A DNA stretch of 64,000 nucleotides from Mobula hypostoma. Its lineage: Eukaryota. Below the pieces are notes generated by a model that was given only the letters and a program-made list of their open reading frames with translations, was not told the DNA's origin and did no database searches. Where the stretch lies: the NCBI RefSeq assembly GCF_963921235.1, contig NC_086097.1, forward strand, positions 195,674,001 through 195,738,000, written 5' to 3'. Position numbers and translations under genes: made by a program. Shown in pieces: positions 60,001-64,000 of this stretch; position 1 is the stretch's first letter, and every line of letters begins with the position of its first letter.

Positions 60001-60378
60001 TTCCTTTCACAAATCCATGCTGACTTTGTCCGATGATTTCACCGCTTTCCAAATGTGCTGCCCCCTTCTCATTGTTATTATCAGGCAGGAGGTACACAAG
60101 CCTGAAGGCACACACTCAGTGATTCAGGAACAGCTTCTTGCTTCTAAATGGGCATTGAACCCATGAACACTACCTCACTTTTTGAAAATATATACTACCT
60201 CTATTTTTGCACTATTTTAGTCTATTAAAAAAATATACATATGTACATATATATTTACTGTAGTTGATCTTAATTATATTTTCCGATATTATCATGTATT
60301 GCACCGAACTGCTGTTGCTAAGTTAACAAATTTCATGACACATGCTGGTGATAATAAACCTGATTCTGATTCTGATTC
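57095..60378 (+). mobile_element. Decayed Rex1/Babar LINE split by a young CR1
   Basis: Reads FPNPKPWMN, AGPDGV, VALTSTMMKCF..LDPLQF and DRKKLQRVV; (gattct)n tail at 60361-60378. Confidence 0.85.
58720..60058 (-). mobile_element. Young 5'-truncated CR1 (RT to 3' tail)
   Basis: One reading frame (59950 to 58799) broken by only two point stops; SGVPQGSVLGP and KFADDTKL; (tttctatg)n tail. Confidence 0.93.
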
Positions 60379-61199
60379 AGATGAAATAAGAAATTCCATC
60401 CCAATCTGATTTCCCTTTAAGAGCAATAATGAAGCAAAAAACTGATAAGAATCCTACACAAATCTGTAGGATTAGATGATATCTAATACATTGTCTTGAC
60501 TACTTACATTGTATTATCAAGTGCTGTTACTTGAATGAAATGTTTTTCATGCATGAAGTTATATATTGCTACCTTCACAACTTAAGTTCAACAATTTCAG
60601 ATAACCAGTCTTTCCAGTTTTTGTCCAAATTGGTCAGTTCTCTCCTGACCGCTCGCATCATTGTCTGATATGGCAATTCAAAGACTACAAAGTAAGAAGT
60701 TGCAGAGGGCAGTGGACTCTGCACAGTACATCTTTGGCACAACTACATTCAAGAACACTTACATCTTTTCATCCCACTCAGTTGAACTAATTCACAGAAC
60801 CCGAGTCACCGCCACAGTTCAGCAGCATTTTGATGACTCTGATCACTGTGCACGGAAATGAGTGTTGTTGTTTTAATCTAATTGTGCCTTTTGTTCTAAA
60901 AATTGTGTGTAATTTATGTTCAATTTTTGTTTTTCTTATGAATGCTGCTTATCTGATACTATGTGCCTGTGGCGCTGTTGCAAGTTATGTGTTTATTGCA
61001 CTGTGCAAACATGTACTTGTACATTTGATAATAAACTCAACTTTGACCAATCAACCTAAAATAAAATCAAGCAGTCTCTTTTGGTTTCGGTCCCATCACA
61101 GACTTTCCATTTGTTTTTAACCATTTTTTGCCATTGCCTTCAATTTGTAACGAGTTTGATGTCTAACTTGTTTTCAATTCTCATGGATGGTCATTAACT

Positions 61200-61430
61200 C
61201 ATTATTTATTTGATTTGATTTATTTAGTGCAGAAGAGACCTTTCTGGCCCTCGAGTCACACCACCCAGCAACTCCCAATTTCACCCTAGTCTAATCATGG
61301 GACAATTTGATTGACCAATTAACTTACTAACTGGTACATCTTTGGACTGTGGGAGGGACCCGGAGAAAAGCCACACATTCCAAAGGGAGGACGTACAGAT
61401 TCCTCACCGATGACACCGGAATTGGACTCC
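61200..61430 (-). mobile_element. V-SINE fragment
   Basis: Homologous to 51063-51292. Confidence 0.7.
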
Positions 61431-61744
61431 AGCAATTTCTTTTTATTTAACCGTTAAAGCTCCCGCAACTTTACTTTTTACTTTCCAATTGCAGCATTGT
61501 GATTTTTCCTCTTTCTCTCTTTATCATTCATTCCTTCTGTTTACTTCAAACAGACAAACTGATTAGAAACCTCTATCAACCAGCTTCACTACAAGTGTCC
61601 CATACAACCCCTCTCAGTCATCACTTTCACAGACATTCCCTTCATTTTCCTTGTGCTTCTCCTTTCTCTGCAACTTAAAGCACAATTGCTCCAAGTTTTT
61701 GCAGTATGATAAATGGTACTTGACCTGTTTCTCCCTCCACACAT

Positions 61745-62152
61745 ATTGCCTCAATGTCAAACAGACCAAGGAACTGATTGTAGATTTCAGGAGATGGAAA
61801 CCAGAGGTCCATGAGCCAGTAATCAATGGACGATCAGAGGTGGAGAGGGTCAGTAACTCTAAATTCCTGGGTGTCACTATCTCAAGGACCTGTCCTGGAC
61901 CCATCATATAAATATTCTTGTGAAGAAAGCACGGCAGCATCGCTACTTCCTCAGGAGTCTTCAGAGATTCGGCATATCATTGAAAACCTTGGGAAACTTC
62001 TCTAGATGTGTAGTAGAAAGTGTGTTGACTGGCTGCATTATGGCCTGGTATGGGAACACCAATATTTTTGAGCAGAAAATCTCACACTAACTAGTGGATC
62101 TGGCCCAGTACATCACAGGTAAAACCCTCCTGACCATTGAGCACATCTACCA
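61745..62152 (+). mobile_element. Rex1/Babar RT C-terminal fragment
   Basis: Reads LNVKQTKELIVDFRR..KFLGVTIS. Confidence 0.75.
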
Positions 62153-62247
62153 CACAGTTTTAAAAAATATTTTTCCCCACCCCACCCCACTCCACATCTC
62201 CTCTGAAATTCCCCATCTGAATTAAATTCATGTACCCTAGTACTTCA

Positions 62248-62740
62248 AAAGTTGAGTTCAAATATCAGGAAGTTATGTTACAGCTTTATGAAACTCTAGT
62301 TAGGCTGTATCTGGTGCATTGCCTGCAGTTCTGGTCATTCCATTATAGGAAGGATGCTGAGGCTTTGGAGAGGATGCAGAAGAGGTTTACCAGGATGCTG
62401 CCTAGATTAGAAGGCATGTGCTATTACAGGAAGTTGGACAAACTCGGGTTGTTTTGTGTGGAGTGGCAGAGGCTGAGGGGAGATCTGATGGAAATTTTTA
62501 AGATTACGAGAGGCACAGCTAGAGCAGACGGATAGTATCTAAATATCTAATACCAGACGGCAGAAATTTACGGTGAGGGAGGGAGGTGATTTTAAAGACT
62601 TGAGAGGCAAGTTTTTTTCTACATGGAGAGTGGTATCTGGAATGTGCTGCTTTGGGTGGTGGGAGAGGCAGAAACACTAGGGACCCTTGAAAGACATCTA
62701 GATAGACATGAATATAATGAAAATGGAATGATATAGACGT
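62248..62740 (+). mobile_element. CR1 3' fragment
   Basis: ORF 62230-62535 reads VMLQLYETLVR..LRGDLMEIFKI. Confidence 0.8.
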
Positions 62741-62744
62741 TGTG

Positions 62745-63268
62745 TTCTGACAATGAACATTCTGACAGGCTGCGTCACTGTCTGGTGTGGGAGGACTACT
62801 GCACAGGATCGAAAGAAGCTACAGGAAGTTGTAAAATTAGTCAGCTCCATCTTGGGTACTACTCTCTGTAATATTCAAGACATCTTCAAGGAGCAGTGGC
62901 TCAGAAAGGTAATGTCCATTTTTAAGAACCCCCATCACCCAGGACATGCCCTCTTTTCATTGTTACTGTCAGGAAGGAGGAACAGAAGCTTGAAGGAACA
63001 CACTCAGCAATTCAGGAATAGCTTCTTCCCTTCTGCCATATGATTGCTAAATAGACATCGAACCAGTGAACACTACCTCATCTTTTTTAATATTATTTCT
63101 GTTTTTGCATTATTTTTAATTTAACTATTTAATATACATATATATACTTATAGTAATTGATTTACTTATTTATTTTTTCTACATGATCATCTATTGCATT
63201 GTACTGCTACTGTAAAGTTAACAAATTTCACAACGTATGCCAGTGATATTATACCTGATTCTGATTGT
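62745..63268 (+). mobile_element. Rex1/Babar 3' end
   Basis: ORF 62753-63043 reads DRKKLQEVV..HHPGHALF..RNSFFPSAI; (gattct) tail. Confidence 0.8.
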
Positions 63269-63671
63269 ATATGCAGAAAGGATTAGTTTATTTGGCTATT
63301 TGATTACTACTTTATTTGGTTAGGTACAACATTGTGTGCCAAAGGGACTGTTCCTGTGCTGTACTGTTCTATGTTTATGTTCTAATAGACACTTCTACCT
63401 ATGGACCAAGATTCTGACTGTATGCCCCATATATGTTTCTCATAATTTTCTAAACTTCTGTCAGAACCCTTCAGCTCTCCATAGGAAACAACCCAAGTTA
63501 GTCCAATCTCATAGCTCATACTCTATAATCCACGGAGAATCCCAAGGAACATCTGTATCTTTCCTAGATTTCCACATCCTTCTTGTGATGGAGCAAACAG
63601 AATTTCACATAATACTCCAAGTATAGCTGAATCAAAGTTTATTTTTTAGCAAATATAATGGTAAAACCATT

Positions 63672-63739
63672 CCAACTATAATGCAACTGTAACGAAAACC
63701 AATTTAGCCCGGGATCAATAAAGTATGACTATGACTATA
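63672..63739 (+). mobile_element. Very short Rex1/Babar 3' end
   Basis: aataaag(tatgac)n tail as at about 2005-2026. Confidence 0.7.
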
Positions 63740-63841
63740 AAAATCTGCTTGTCCTCAATCTTCCTTAATAACTTCAGCCAGATTTCCAGAATCTCAGTGA
63801 AATAGCATAATTTTTGCTTGTACTCCATAAGAGTATGAAGC

Positions 63842-64000
63842 AGACATAGGAGCAGAATTAGACTATTCAGCCCATCAAGTCTGCTCTGCCACTCCATCAT
63901 GGCTGATTTATTATCCCTCTCAATCCCATTCTCTTGCCTTCTCCCTGTAACCTTTGACATCCTGATTAATCAAGAACCTATCAACCTCTGCCTTAAATAT
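63842..64000 (-). mobile_element. CR1 3' end (runs off the window)
   Basis: Homologous to 17280-17440. Confidence 0.8.

Overview
Repeat-dense, mostly CpG-depleted vertebrate intronic/intergenic DNA. The repeat repertoire (CR1, Rex1/Babar, Penelope-like, V-SINE, Gypsy) suggests a cartilaginous fish such as a ray; this is inference. No host protein-coding gene can be identified, only a few weak exon candidates. The main feature is a young, structurally complete Gmr1-type Gypsy LTR element (37002-41852, minus strand) with a 4-bp TSD, a tRNA-Pro PBS, a PPT and about 99%-identical LTRs. Its single stop-free 947-aa ORF has an intact Gag (coiled coil, SCAN-like capsid, CCHC) and protease fused in frame to an eroded, catalytically dead IN-RT remnant (RT YIDD position reads CIGN). 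It is nested in the gag of an older Gypsy. The window also has many Penelope-like (GIY-YIG) copies and short derivatives carrying minimal hammerhead ribozyme motifs, including two fold-back insertions with TSDs. Other contents are three solo LTRs of one family with internal minisatellites, deeply nested CR1 clusters, Rex1/Babar, Nimb/I and L1 fragments, SINEs and microsatellites. Repeat boundaries are approximate unless a TSD is quoted.
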